DNA of 64,000 nucleotides from Xylographa opegraphella (Eukaryota): NCBI GenBank assembly GCA_022813865.1, contig JALDZX010000031.1, positions 1 to 64,000 of the forward strand, read 5' to 3'. Shown piece by piece: positions 49,437 to 61,341 of this stretch (position 1 is its first letter; each line of letters starts with the position of its first letter). The notes under the pieces were generated by a model. It saw only the letters and a program-made list of their open reading frames with translations, ran no database searches and was not told where the DNA came from. The position numbers and the translations under genes were made by a program.

Positions 49437-52250
49437 ATGATTTCTCAAGCTCTCTCCTCGTTCTCTCATACACCATACCTCACAAGCCGACATACGAAAT
49501 TGATATGCGTCGTCTTTCTGGCAGTGTTGCGTATAGCTGAGGCGAACATTATCTTCACGCATGTCCCACTGTCTTGCGACCCGTCTCTACCGTCGTACAC
49601 CGGGTGTCTTCGTGGTCAGACGTGTCTGGACGATGGCTCGTGAGTAATCTCGATGTCGCTCGTTTTCGTCATACAAGAAGCTCACTAAAAGTGTCGCAGC
49701 TGCTGTGCCTCGCTACCCGAGCCGTACGCTACCTACCCTAATCGTGCCATAAGTAATGGACTTGAGGCTCGTGATGGACAATATTCACCAAATGGACAAT
49801 GCGGAGCAGCTAATGGAAACCTGCTCTGCGATCCTGTGAGCACTGTCTACACGGTAAGCAATATCCTACACTTTCTGGTTCGACAAGCTAATTACCGTCA
49901 AGGGAACGTGTTGTTCAGTGAGATTCACTGTCAAGATATTAAGACTACCACGCTGATCACGAATAGACTTATGGGTGGTGTGGTGATACTCCTGCCTACT
50001 GCGGAACCGGCTGCCAGAGTGGTTGTTCTGCTTCCAGCTCGAGCCCGAGTTCTGCTCCTGTCAACCCAACTGCTCCAAGGAGCGACGGAAGATGTGGCAG
50101 CGCATTTGATGGGGCTACATGTGATCCTTCAGGACCTTATGGTGGATGCTGCTCGAGTTATGGGTATGGCTTCAATTCTTACCAAAAGTCAAAGCTTTGA
50201 GAACGATGCTGATCGATATCTAGATACTGCGGCAACACGCCCGGGCAGTAAGAGCTCCGCTGATATTCTCGATGACCACCCACTAATGAAGTCCCTCTTC
50301 AGTTGTTTAACAAGCAATGGGTGCCAAAATGGGTGCACGGGATCGTCACCTAGTACAACATCACCACCTTCCGCAGTCTCAACTCAAGAACCAGTTCTCG
50401 GCAGTCCTACAAGCTCTCCTGGTGGTGCAGGTGGACCAGCCACAACGGACGGCACCTGCGGAACAGCCTATGGCAATACAGTCTGCAGGAACTGGGCACA
50501 AGGTCCTTGTTGCTCTATGTACGGATGTAAGTCAGGGGAGCTAACATTATCGCTCGAATGGTAGCTAACGCGGAAAGTCTGTGGAAACACTACTGCACAT
50601 TGCGGTGAAGGTTGTCAGAGTGGACCATGTACAGGACCTCCCGCAGAACCAGCTCCCGGTCCATCGCCAGCGCCACCTGCAGCAACACCTGGAAGCTTCA
50701 ACATCGTGGGACAGTCTGGGGTACCTGCAATGCATGCTGGTCTTATGCCAAATGGGCGCGTCATATTTCTGGACAAACTCGAAAATTATACACAGATCAA
50801 GCTTGCTGATGGATATTATGCTTACTCTTCTGAGTACGATCCTGCCACCAACACTGCAGTTGGACTTTCGTACAAAACAAATGCTTTTTGCTCTGGAGGC
50901 GCCTTCCTGCCTGACGGACGATGGCTTTCTCTTGGGGGCAACGCACCGTTGACTTTCATTGACCCAACCATAGGGGACGGCTTCACCGCAATTCGCTATA
51001 TCAGCCGCTCGGCGACGGATTCTAGCCTGAATGGCCAGTCTTGGAGTGAGCCTGGAAACAAGCTATCAACAGCACGGTGGTATGCTTCAGCACAGACTAT
51101 GGCAGATGGTACGATATTTGTAGCTTCTGGCAGCCTGAACGGCTTGGATCCAACGGTGCCCGCCAATAACAATCCTACATATGAGATCCTTTCAAATGAA
51201 GGCATTTCATCCGGGACAAGCATTCCCATGGAAATTTTGGTCAAAACTCAACCATACTACATGTATCCGTTTTTGCACCTTATGGCGGATGGCCACCTTT
51301 TCGTCTTTGTCTCGAAGTCTTCGGAGTCCTTTTCAGTCTCCACAAACACGACTGTGAAGAATTATCCAGATCTCCCGGGTGATTATCGCACGTATCCTAA
51401 TACCGGTGGTTCTGTTCTCCTCCCTTTGTCTTCGGCTAACAACTACGCACCTGACATCATAATCTGTGGTGGAGGCGCCTACCAGGACATCACTTCGCCA
51501 ACCGATCCATCTTGTGGACGTATCCAACCTCTAAGCGTTGATGCAGCTTGGGAAATGGATTCAATGCCTCAAGGCCGTGGTATGGTAGAGGGGACGCTTC
51601 TGCCAGATGGAAGTGTCATCTTCCTCAATGGCTGTAATCAAGGAGGTCAAGGCTTTGGTCTGGCAGCTGACCCTACATATACAGCTCTTATCTACCAGCC
51701 ATCGATGCCGTTAGGTCAGCGCTGGTCTACAGGTGCCACGTCTTCCATCGCCAGGCTCTATCACTCTGTAGCTCTTCTGCTACTCGATGGTACTCTGATG
51801 ATCGCAGGAAGCAATCCCGTCCAGATGCCAGTGTTGACTCCAGTACCCAACCAAGTCCCCAGTGAGGACTACGTGACTGAGTTTCGTGTTGAGATCTTTA
51901 CTCCTCCATACCTTCAAGGCGATAATGCGAACTTACGTCCCACCGACATCACTCTGTCTTCTCTGGCGCTCACGGCAACTGGAGAAACATTTACCATAAC
52001 TCTCACTGTACCTTCAGGAGCCCAAAAAGTACAGGTGGTACTTTATCACGGAGGTTTCGTTACGCACAGCTTGCATATGAATCACAGGATGGTTCTGCTG
52101 AACACCACTGGCTGGGTGGCTGGAGCGACGGCACAGATTTTGACGGTCACGATGCCACCAAATAATAACGTGGCCCCCCCCGGACCATACGTGGTCTATT
52201 GCGTCGTTGACGGAGTGCCGGGAATCGGGCAATTTGTCAGCGTAAGCTGA
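49437..52250 (+). CDS. GLX: Secreted copper radical oxidase (CAZy AA5, glyoxal oxidase type) with three CBM18/hevein chitin-binding modules, 7 exons
   Basis: Hydrophobic signal-like N-terminus. Three CCSxYG[WYF]CG motifs after splicing. Catalytic motifs NAFCSGG, RWYAS, RLYHS and VTHS are all present. Confidence 0.9.
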
Positions 52251-52639
52251 ACGGGTGAAGAAAGGAAAGTATGGTATGGAGTAGAAATGGATTAAACATG
52301 GCGTCATTATTCGAGCGAGTATGTGACCCTATCCAAAGTTGTGGTTTGCTGCTGTGCTTTAGATATGTATAGCCTAAACAGCTCGGATTCCACCAAGCAT
52401 ACACTCTGGAGATCTACTCAGTGTTCTTCTGTATTCTGAGGCGTGGTCACTGTGGCATTGTGTAATATGAAGGCCTCGGCCTCGCAGCAATTTCTATACA
52501 GAACAGGATATTCAGGAGCTTGCTTTTCCCAAAATTCATTAGATTTACATCTGCATTTAACGGTACAGAGACGGAACACACGACTGAGATCTCTTCTACC
52601 GATACAGTCCGTCCCCTCATCTCCTCCTCCACATTCGTG

Positions 52640-53197
52640 TCAGCAAGCAATTTGCTGCTCGTCCTTGGGAAGTAGAGTCGAGGATCTTTCTTGGTAGGAA
52701 GGTGTCCTGGATACGTAGAATGGGTCTGCTGCGATTGGAGGGGACTCGATGATGAGCGTGGGTTGTTGGCTGGCGCGCTTCAGTGGTTCTAGCATTCTCG
52801 GTTGGATCATTGCTAGGTCTGGTGGTGATGTTGCTGAAGAAAAAGAGGTGGTGTGTATGAGAGTGTGTTCGGGCCCATGGTTTGGTGATTCTGATCCGTT
52901 GTCTGCTGGATTTCTTTCCGTAGGCGAGCCCAATATAGGGGCCATTGAGTAAGTGGATGCCACATGGGCCGGCTGGCCCGGGAATCGAGAAGGCGAGGAC
53001 AAAGGTCAAGATGATGAAATCAAGATCGTGTCCAGAGAAGCTTCTTCAGCGATGGAGGATTGTTTCACCCCCAAACGCTTGCTTGCTGTGGAGTTCTTCG
53101 GAAGAGCTTTGAACTCGGTTCCGTGTGGACCGAGCCCAAGCTCTTCCGAGGAAAGGAGCTGATTGTGCTCCTCTGCCTCGTCTCTTTCGTTCGGCAC
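52640..53197 (-). pseudogene. Possible gene fragment (Ser/Pro-rich) with one in-frame stop
   Basis: ORFs 53006-53197 and 52640-53002 are in the same frame and separated only by a TGA. No recognisable domain. Confidence 0.25.
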
Positions 53198-53198
53198 C

Positions 53199-53262
53199 GG
53201 AACCTCGAAGAGTCCGTGGACCCTTGGAGAGTCCGTGGACCCTCGAAGCGTCCGTGGACCCT
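53199..53262 (+). repeat. 19-bp period tandem repeat with core GTCCGTGGACCCT (3 copies plus a degenerate one)
   Basis: Cores at 53212, 53231 and 53250. Confidence 0.85.
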
Positions 53263-53644
53263 CAAAATGTCCTACACATCTTGATGGGTATGATTACCCG
53301 CATACCCTATAGAAGACACACACCCTGTCAGATCCTGATGCCTTTGCAGAGAAAGTAACGGAACTCAAAAAGATCGACGAGACGACCAAGAATAAACTTA
53401 CCATCTCCACGCGAAGCGTGCTATGTTCATTGTGAGATTGGAGTACCGGGTGCCGTCCGGTGTCAGACAGCACCCGGCACCCGAAGGTGAAAAAGCGACT
53501 TCCATCTGCGCCCTGAAGAAGTCAGTCTACACACTCCCGCGAACTTCGAGCAAAAGAACATTTCAAAAGAAGGCACTGCTCACATACCCGGAAATACCCA
53601 GATCCGCCGTTTTGAAGGGTCCGGACACACATCTTGTGTTTCGG

Positions 53645-53775
53645 TGGGTGAGTCCCCACCCTCTATTTTGTAGAGTGGGAACCCACCCTCTGTATTGATG
53701 AGTGAGAACCCACCCCGTGTTAAGGGTAGGAACCCACCCTCTGTGATGAAGGGTAGAGAACCCACCCTCTGTTTT
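53645..53775 (+). repeat. Five-copy array with core GAACCCACCCTCTGT and a 24-28 bp period
   Basis: Cores near 53650, 53679, 53706, 53730 and 53758, separated by variable linkers. Confidence 0.85.
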
Positions 53776-54588
53776 CAGCGGCGGAAGGACATCCCCGCCC
53801 GTCTGGGGCGAGGCGTTTTCCGCCCTAGGGTTTCGCGTAATTGAAAGCCCCGAGCACGGACCTCGCGAGATGGGAGGTGCACGCGCAGAGATAAGCTGGG
53901 ACCTGGTAAAGATATGTTGCGAAAAAATTAATTTTCATATATAGGTGTTATATATACGAGGTGGAGATGTGGTGAGAGAGTGTAGTGGGTGAGGTTGTAG
54001 GAAGGAAGGAAGGAAGAAGAGATGGGAAGAGTGCGATATAGTCGGTTGCTAGGGCGCCTTGGGGGTGGGGGGGTTTATGGTGTTATCCCCAAGGCGCAAA
54101 CCGCCTTGGGGTGGTGTGAATAGGTTAGACTTTCTTTCACTGTCGGTTACAGTCGGTGTTGATTCCGCCTTAGGTGTTCTTCACTTATGTATGGCATTTC
54201 CGTCTTTCTGGCCCGTACTGTGTCAATACCCGGTAAAATGTTCCTCCGTTCATCGTAAGATAGTCGCGATGCTCAATTCGGCTCGAAGTCGCTGCTGATA
54301 GTGGGTACAAACAGTTCACTTTTCACATACCTAGACACAGTGATGCTGCTTATATTCAGCGGGGAACGGTTTCATGGTAGGCATCAAGAATAACAGGTTG
54401 GCAGTGAGGGCCGCTTGTCATCAGATATTTTACAAAGGAGTCTGAGTATCTGCGGTAGACCACACAGAACCGTTACTCGGGGGAATAATCGTTTACCTTC
54501 TTCAAATAATCTACATATATGGGACTCGACGATTGAGGCCGCTTCTCGACAGTAAGATTGAGTGAATTGGTTCGTGTTTAAAGAATCC

Positions 54589-54662
54589 GAGTCTATACCA
54601 CAGTGTCTATACGATGGAGTCTATACCACAGTATCTATAGCCCCTCTATAGCTCCTCTATCC
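54589..54662 (+). repeat. Short direct repeats (GAGTCTATACCACAGT x2, CTCTAT units) at the 3' end of the ABC1 gene
   Basis: gagtctataccacagt at about 54589 and 54617, followed by ctctatag/ctctat units. Confidence 0.65.
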
Positions 54663-56756
54663 ATCGAAAACGCCATGTTGGAGCTCAACCCCAAAGTCTT
54701 TCGCCATATGCCGCATTTGGCTCTCTATCTCGTCCTCCATGCCCCCACCCATACCGAAGAACTGCCGCACCTTACTGCCGTAGAACACCGCATCGCTGCT
54801 CAGCAAGACCAGGTTGAATATTATGTGACGGCCATAATTCTTCAGCTTCTCGCTGAAACTGAGGTCCGGACTGTCGACGAGGCTTCGGGATGCCCAATAG
54901 CCGGTGATCCTGATGCGATTGACCGGAGACCCTAAAAATTGATTGTTGCCCTGTACGATGCGGAGGTTGCGACCGATGAAGATGAGCTCTTGCGGCCATT
55001 TCTTCTCGTCGCCAAGGATCTCGCGGATACCTTTTCGCATCTTCTGCTGCATCTCGTAGTGGCGCTTGTCTCGTTCCTTTTTCGAGAGCTTGCTTAGTTC
55101 TTCGGAGGTTGTGTGGTCGCCACCGGCATATGGTCTCATTAAAGTGGCAGAAGCGAAGATATCTGCGTTGTTGATGCCCCAGCTTTTGACAATTTCGCCC
55201 ACGGTTTTGTTATCGAAGGTCATGAGACTTTTCCAGAAAAGACTGTATTGGTGCCGAAATTCGGGCTTCATTTGGATGTATAGTCCGTGGTCGATTAGAA
55301 CGAGCTCCGGTTTGCCCGATGGTAGACGCCGGATAAAAATGTTGCCGGGATGTGGATCAGCATGGACGGAGCCCCATAGAAACCTGCTTGAAGTCAGAGC
55401 CAAATACATAAGATGTACGAATTTCCCATCTTACATCTGTGCCGAGAAGAGATCGACCATGGTAGTCATGACATCCTTTAGCGAGACTCCTAGCCCTCCC
55501 GTGCCATCATTGCCTTTCCACCAATCACGCTCTGGTTTCAGCTTCTCATCGAGCGGATGGTCATGCAGAGCCTTTTGTACTTCCTCCGGTTTTGGAGGGT
55601 CGAGTGGCGCGCCTTTGCATCCCGGACTGCCTTCCCTTCTCGAGCCTTTCCATTGTCGTGTCAGACTCTCTTTGTCCCAAAGTCTCACACCTTCTATCCA
55701 CTCGGCGGTCATGACACGCTTTGAGCTAAGCTCTCGGTAGACCTTCGGTATGTATACCCGACCTCGAAGACGAGGCTCATTGGTGACAAAGCCCGCCATG
55801 CGCTCTGAGTTGTCCGCCTCGTTTTCGAAATCTGTTTCTAAAAGTAGTCGCTCAGTGATGTACGGTACTAAGCTGTAAAGTGGTATGTCAAATATTTTCG
55901 TATATATCCAGGTGACCACCCTTTGAATCGACTAATTAGTCTTTGATATCTTTCTTGTTTGGCCAAGGAGTACCTACTTGAAAGTCCATAAGTCCCAGCC
56001 AACCTGCTGGGCAATCTCTCGCTTTTGTACTTTCACAGCAACCTCCCGACCATCTCCTAATCTGGCCCAATGAACCTGAGCGACACTTGCACTGGCCCTG
56101 GCTTTCCGTTCCATGAGACCCAGTTCAGGATCTCCTGTAAAACTGACACCAAAAACTTCTTCAGGACTTTTGCCAAAATCCTCTCGTATAACCTTCTCTA
56201 CGTCCTTCCAGCTGTTCTGTGGAGCATCGTCAAACATCTTCTGAAACATCTTTTGAAATTCGGGGGGCAAAATTGCGGACTGCATTGCAATCGCCTGGCC
56301 GATCTTGAGGTACAATCCGCCATTTGTCCGCAGAAGCTCGAACAGTCGCTGTGCATTACGGGCATTAAGCGCTTCAATGGACTCGGCGAAAGGAGGGTTA
56401 GCGCGAAAGTTGATCTTGTAGTCGCTCGCAACAATCACCCCAAGTGCGAAAGTCCGTGTACTGCGTAGCAAGGAGGAGGCATAAAACTGCTTGTCAATAC
56501 CGTATAACGCGCCAAATCCGATGGCTGTGTATACAAGACGACGTGTCCATCGCCGAGAACGAGTGTAGGTTCTGGGTGGGGAGGCTTTTGGAAGAGACTC
56601 AGGAGGCGGTGGGGCGAAGGATACGAAGGTTTGACGGGTTTTATGAAAGGCCCGGGATTTGCTTTCGAGTACGGATACCTGGCGAACAGGGACAGGATGG
56701 GCATTGCGAGAAATACTCAGGCATCGCAAGCATATCCTCGAAGAAGATTGGAACAT
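54657..56756 (-). CDS. MCP2: Mitochondrial ABC1/UbiB atypical kinase (ADCK1/Mcp2-like), 3 exons
   Basis: NGGLYLKIGQ (KxGQ), ASASVAQVH, VAVKVQ, ETDFENEA, VHADPHPGN and LIDHG motifs. Introns at 55921-55977 and 55384-55434. The subfamily call is by resemblance. Confidence 0.88.
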
Positions 56757-59569
56757 TTCACGACATAAAACGCGCGCATGTGAAGGACGAAGAGAATCTG
56801 TAAATTGGCGGATTATGGTGACGCCATGTTAGGCAGGCGGACTCGGTCCTACTGCAGCTCAGCCACCGGACTTTAGCAACCTTTCCACCTTATCTCCTTC
56901 CATATCCCGCAAACAGCATGTAGAACAGAATTTCTATTGTACCAGTCGAGCCAGTCTCCATCTTCACCTCTGTGGCCTCTCTCATCCACCGTATAGAACC
57001 CAAATTCTCTTGTTCGGGAAGTTGTTGCAACAATCGTGTTTGTTTTATCCAATAAACCTGATAAGCTATTCCGAATTCCTTGGTCGCATGTCATTCTTGG
57101 CCTGAGTTATAGCTTTGGTAGTCTCCTTCGTCGCCAGTGCCTCCGCTTCGCTTCAGGTTTCTTTTTTGTATGGGATTGACATGTGTCCGAATATGGTCAT
57201 AGGTGTTCTTACAGCTTTGTGACCCAAAGGAAATATCCGATGATGAACAAGCTTTGGAGGCGGGGCACATCTACCATTTATGGTCGGCCGAGCACCTCCT
57301 CTATGATCGTACGCAGATCTCTGCAAAGGCTATCCAGATAGCTCGGTTGGAACTTGGTCTCAGGTATTCCATGACGGACGGAGCATGCATTGATTTGTGA
57401 CGGGAACCCACCAAGTTCCTCATGTACTACTCGCAACGATTAGTTTGTGAATATCGTCGTTGAGTTTCAGGAAGCCATGTCATGAGTATGGTTGATTCTA
57501 CTGTTGGCTATGACGACGGAGTGTGTGCAGTCGTAACATTTTGTACTGAACCAACGTGGTTACAAGATTAACGCAGGCCGAGACCTTTCTTTACTCATCG
57601 ATTCTCGCACTTATCAATACCATCCGTAGTTCAACCTCCGACTTCCGCGTCCCAGCTGGCTACACGTGTTCAGATGCCCCCACGAACGCCTTGCAAATTG
57701 CGGAACATCCCACGAAATCGGTCGACCATGCGACGGGAATGAGCGATCATCCTACACTTGCCGGAGGATTAATCCTGCCTATACTACCCACCAATCATTT
57801 GGGAAACTTTCCTAGCTCTCGGCGTTTGAAAAAACAATATCAAGACACTCGTTCGCGCGCTTAGAGCCTATCCAGTGTGCATAAACTATACCGGGCTATG
57901 GACTATCAATTTTTTTATAGCCGGTTTCATGCTCTCCTACGGGACGTTCCGGATATGCTCTTTCAACCTTAAAAGCCCAGTTGCATTGAGGTCGGATAAG
58001 AGAGGTTACACAGTAAATCTGACTTGTGCTGTTCGTCCGGCGCTAGAGATTTGGGTGATGCGCCATTCCTGGCCAGAATGGTGTCCACAACGCATGGTAT
58101 CCCTCTCACAAGCATGATAATATTGATTACATGCATGTATTTCAGCCACGTCAAGCAGTCGAAGGGTTCTTCGAAGCTACCATCTCCATCCTGGCGAGCC
58201 TGGTGAGCTGAGCTTGACCGCTGCTGCTGCCGATCTGAAGATGAACGGCGAACGACTCGGTAAAAGCTTCTGAAGGGCGAAAGTCTCACATCATGATTGG
58301 GGCCTGTCACACGGTTGGTGATCCTGATTTTGTGGTGATACCGCCGCCTTCGCAGATCCTCATGAAATGGCCCCGATATTTTCCGCTATAATGACCCCAG
58401 AGCTTGAATTCAAGTCGGTTAATGCATTGGTTTCCGGATTTGAGGACTGATACTATTGCAATCACCGATAATGGCCTTCCTACTAGTCATCAAGACAGCA
58501 TCTCTTGTGTGTGGCTCAATCGGCTAATTTAGACGGTGACATACCGAAACAAGCCATAACTGGCGAGAATTTTCCGAGGGCCAGTCGGCTGCTGTAGAAA
58601 TTCAACCTCAGCTTGGAACACCCCCTGGGGCTCATGTACGGCAGCCTTCTTTCGTGTCGTGTCAAACAAAACTACCTCAGCTTCGAGTAGGAGATTTACT
58701 ATTCTAACACGAGCTCGCCAATTTGGATTATAGGTAACCGGTGTCCTTGTTCTCATTGTATGCTCATCTCTTCCGCTGGGTAGTCTACCAGATTTTCAAC
58801 GGCTGGCGCAGCATTATCGGCATCCTCTTCTAAAGTCTATGGAATCCATCACAATCTCTACTCTCGACATCCGGACACTCTTCCGGCCATAGGCTTAGAA
58901 GTTTAATGTACATCGTATCTCGTCCAATGATACAGCTCATTGAAACACGCGGAGACTTTCTTTCCTTCTGGAAGATCTTTTATCACGGTATACATGTTTC
59001 TAAGCTTAGGTTTCCAGGTAGGTCATATGCGCACCTACAAAGTTACAGGGTTGCCATCCACCAGGAGACTCGAGACGGCATAAGATCCTGCTGGATGGAA
59101 CGACCCACAGCAAGTTATCATCACATGATCACGTGCTGATGTGACGGGAATGGAATAGGTGCCCCATCTTGAGATTAACAATCATTACAATCTCATGGCG
59201 TGCCCGCCCCCCCCCTGCAACCAGATATTAACAAATGGCACTTCCGAGCCTACGGATGGAAGGCGTCTCCGGATACCGATGGCAAAAGAAAGTTCAAGCT
59301 GATCTCTCATCCACCGAGACATTAATGAGTGGGTCAGAAACCCAGTTGTGGATGTCTGCATTTATCGGTTGCGAATCAAAGACTCTTGCCAATACACCTG
59401 AACATAATCACATGGCACACTATTAGAATTAAGGCGGTATAAAGAAGGCGTTGCTCTCCTGTTTATCTATCAGCGCATCACTTCGCCCATCCAGATACTC
59501 ATCGTCCGAAGTTCGACAATAATCAAGTTATCGCCATAATCGAACCGCCTGAGGAAAGACTATCCAACA

Positions 59570-60095
59570 TATAGTGATTGTGCAATCGGTTATTGGCAAG
59601 ATAACTATCATATTGAAGAATTCCGTCCATCTCAATACCATCCTACGATTCAAGGCTTGCACTTCGAGGAAAGGAAACTTCGAATGACTCACTCTGATAT
59701 GTGAGTTTCCACTCCTAGATTGTTCTTGACTGGTGCATCACTGTTACCTCTATCATACTGACGGGTTCGATAGTGTTGGCAACACATCGTACTATACAGC
59801 CACCCACCGGGGTTGCAATCCCGACGAACCCACCGTCAAGGACGAGATGATACACTCTGGCTACTTAGCCTCGGGAAGCGCCGGGACCGGCTTCGTCGCC
59901 TACAACAGTGGGACCCGTGACACAATCACCCTGAATGGCATGACTAAGAGCCCTTACAGCTTGGGTGGCAGCAACAATGCGTTTGGAAATCGTCTTCGTT
60001 TGCCCCTGGTCCCACCGTGGCTACAGTTGCAAGGTTTTCTAGCATGGTGTGTCGAGAGTTTATACCTTGGGATAGTATATTCCACAATAGCTTGA
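59570..60095 (+). pseudogene. Possible relic of a small beta-sandwich (aegerolysin-like) gene
   Basis: TATAAA at about 59438 and an intron at 59701-59772. Fragments KITIILKNS...RKGNFE* and SGSAGTGFVAYNSG...TITLN...PYSLGGSNNAF lie in non-matching frames. Confidence 0.2.
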
Positions 60096-61341
60096 GCCTC
60101 TCCGGGAGCTGATTGGGCTATGCCCTCAGATGCAACGGCTAAAGTGGCGAAGCTTGAAGGGAGGCGTGGGAGTTTGGTGGTTCTTTGATATTTGCTTGTG
60201 AATTCTTTCTTTTACGAGGGATCTAACGTTGCACCTTATAGACTTGACACTTCACAGATATGTACTTCATTCCTTGACTATTCAGTCGATTATCAGGAGC
60301 AGCCTCTAGAGTCAATTTTAAGATATGCATGACCAACCATCATGACATGCAAGCATCCAAAAACATACCAGTATCGACGTAACACTGCTATAGTTGCTAC
60401 ATATGGTGTCAGTAAGGTCTGCTCGGGAAATAGCAGAAAGAAGACAGAAACCAGAGTCAATAGGGGCGTCACAAAGGGGAGAAGCCGCTTCGCCGACTGA
60501 AGTCTAGCGTTGGATTGACTTCCGCCCGAGCCGTTGGTGTGGCGCGGACCCCCGCAGCCACAAAAGGCTTAGCCCTGGAAAGTTGTTCTTCTTGAGGTAC
60601 TTGTTCTTGTCGGCTGGAGGGTGCATATCAAACATGAAAACCGCTGAAGGGGAGTCGCTGCGTAAAAGAGTCAACAAAGATCTGCTTGAGAATCTGTAGT
60701 ACAAAGGAGACTGTCCAGTTGTGCTTTGTGTAGCCGGCGATGGAATTCGCTCGCTGTCCTCCGTACTCCGTAGTAAGGCTTGGCGAATCTGTAATCTCCA
60801 GGAAAGTGGAGCACAACAATGCTGAATCTAACCAAGTGGCTGGAAAAGATTCTCTGTATCTGCTTCTTACTTTCTGCGTTCACAAATCCTGAACGTCCAA
60901 TAATCATAGTTGGGACTCTCCGTTGTGATCTGGAGGTCTTTTGTCAATCGTTAATTGTTCCCATTTATTTCTCTCGCTCGGCTATTCTTTTCAACTGAAT
61001 CTCCTGCCCGATCCAGGTGTGGTGGCTTGACATTCCCCCGCTACCTTCTTTGCCAACTTTATTGGCTCACATTGGAATCGTATCCATTTGCATTCATCAA
61101 CGACGTCGCACAACGCAGAGTGCCTTTTACGACCTACGACCGACGACTGCGCGTTGAGCAGGATGGTGCTGGCCCTGCGATGACCACTTGAGGGTTTCAT
61201 CGCGCTCTCAAACACCCAACGTTTGCGACCCTTAATCCGTCTCAGCTAGCAGCTACCACAACACTGTGACGACCGTATCTCGAGTATCCGCTTGTCAAGG
61301 CCTCGTTTGCCTTTGTACACGGTCTTTAGTCGTGAGGTATT

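Noticed and set aside
53645..53775. CRISPR-like repeat/spacer appearance
   Set aside because: Repeats (about 15 bp) and linkers (about 10 bp) are too short, the linkers resemble each other, the context is eukaryotic, and there are no cas genes.
3898..56756. Apparent cofactor gene cluster (CAB2, cnxH, acetyl-CoA transporter, YAE1, SCO1, ABC1 kinase)
   Set aside because: Unrelated pathways interspersed with unrelated genes, consistent with ordinary housekeeping gene order.
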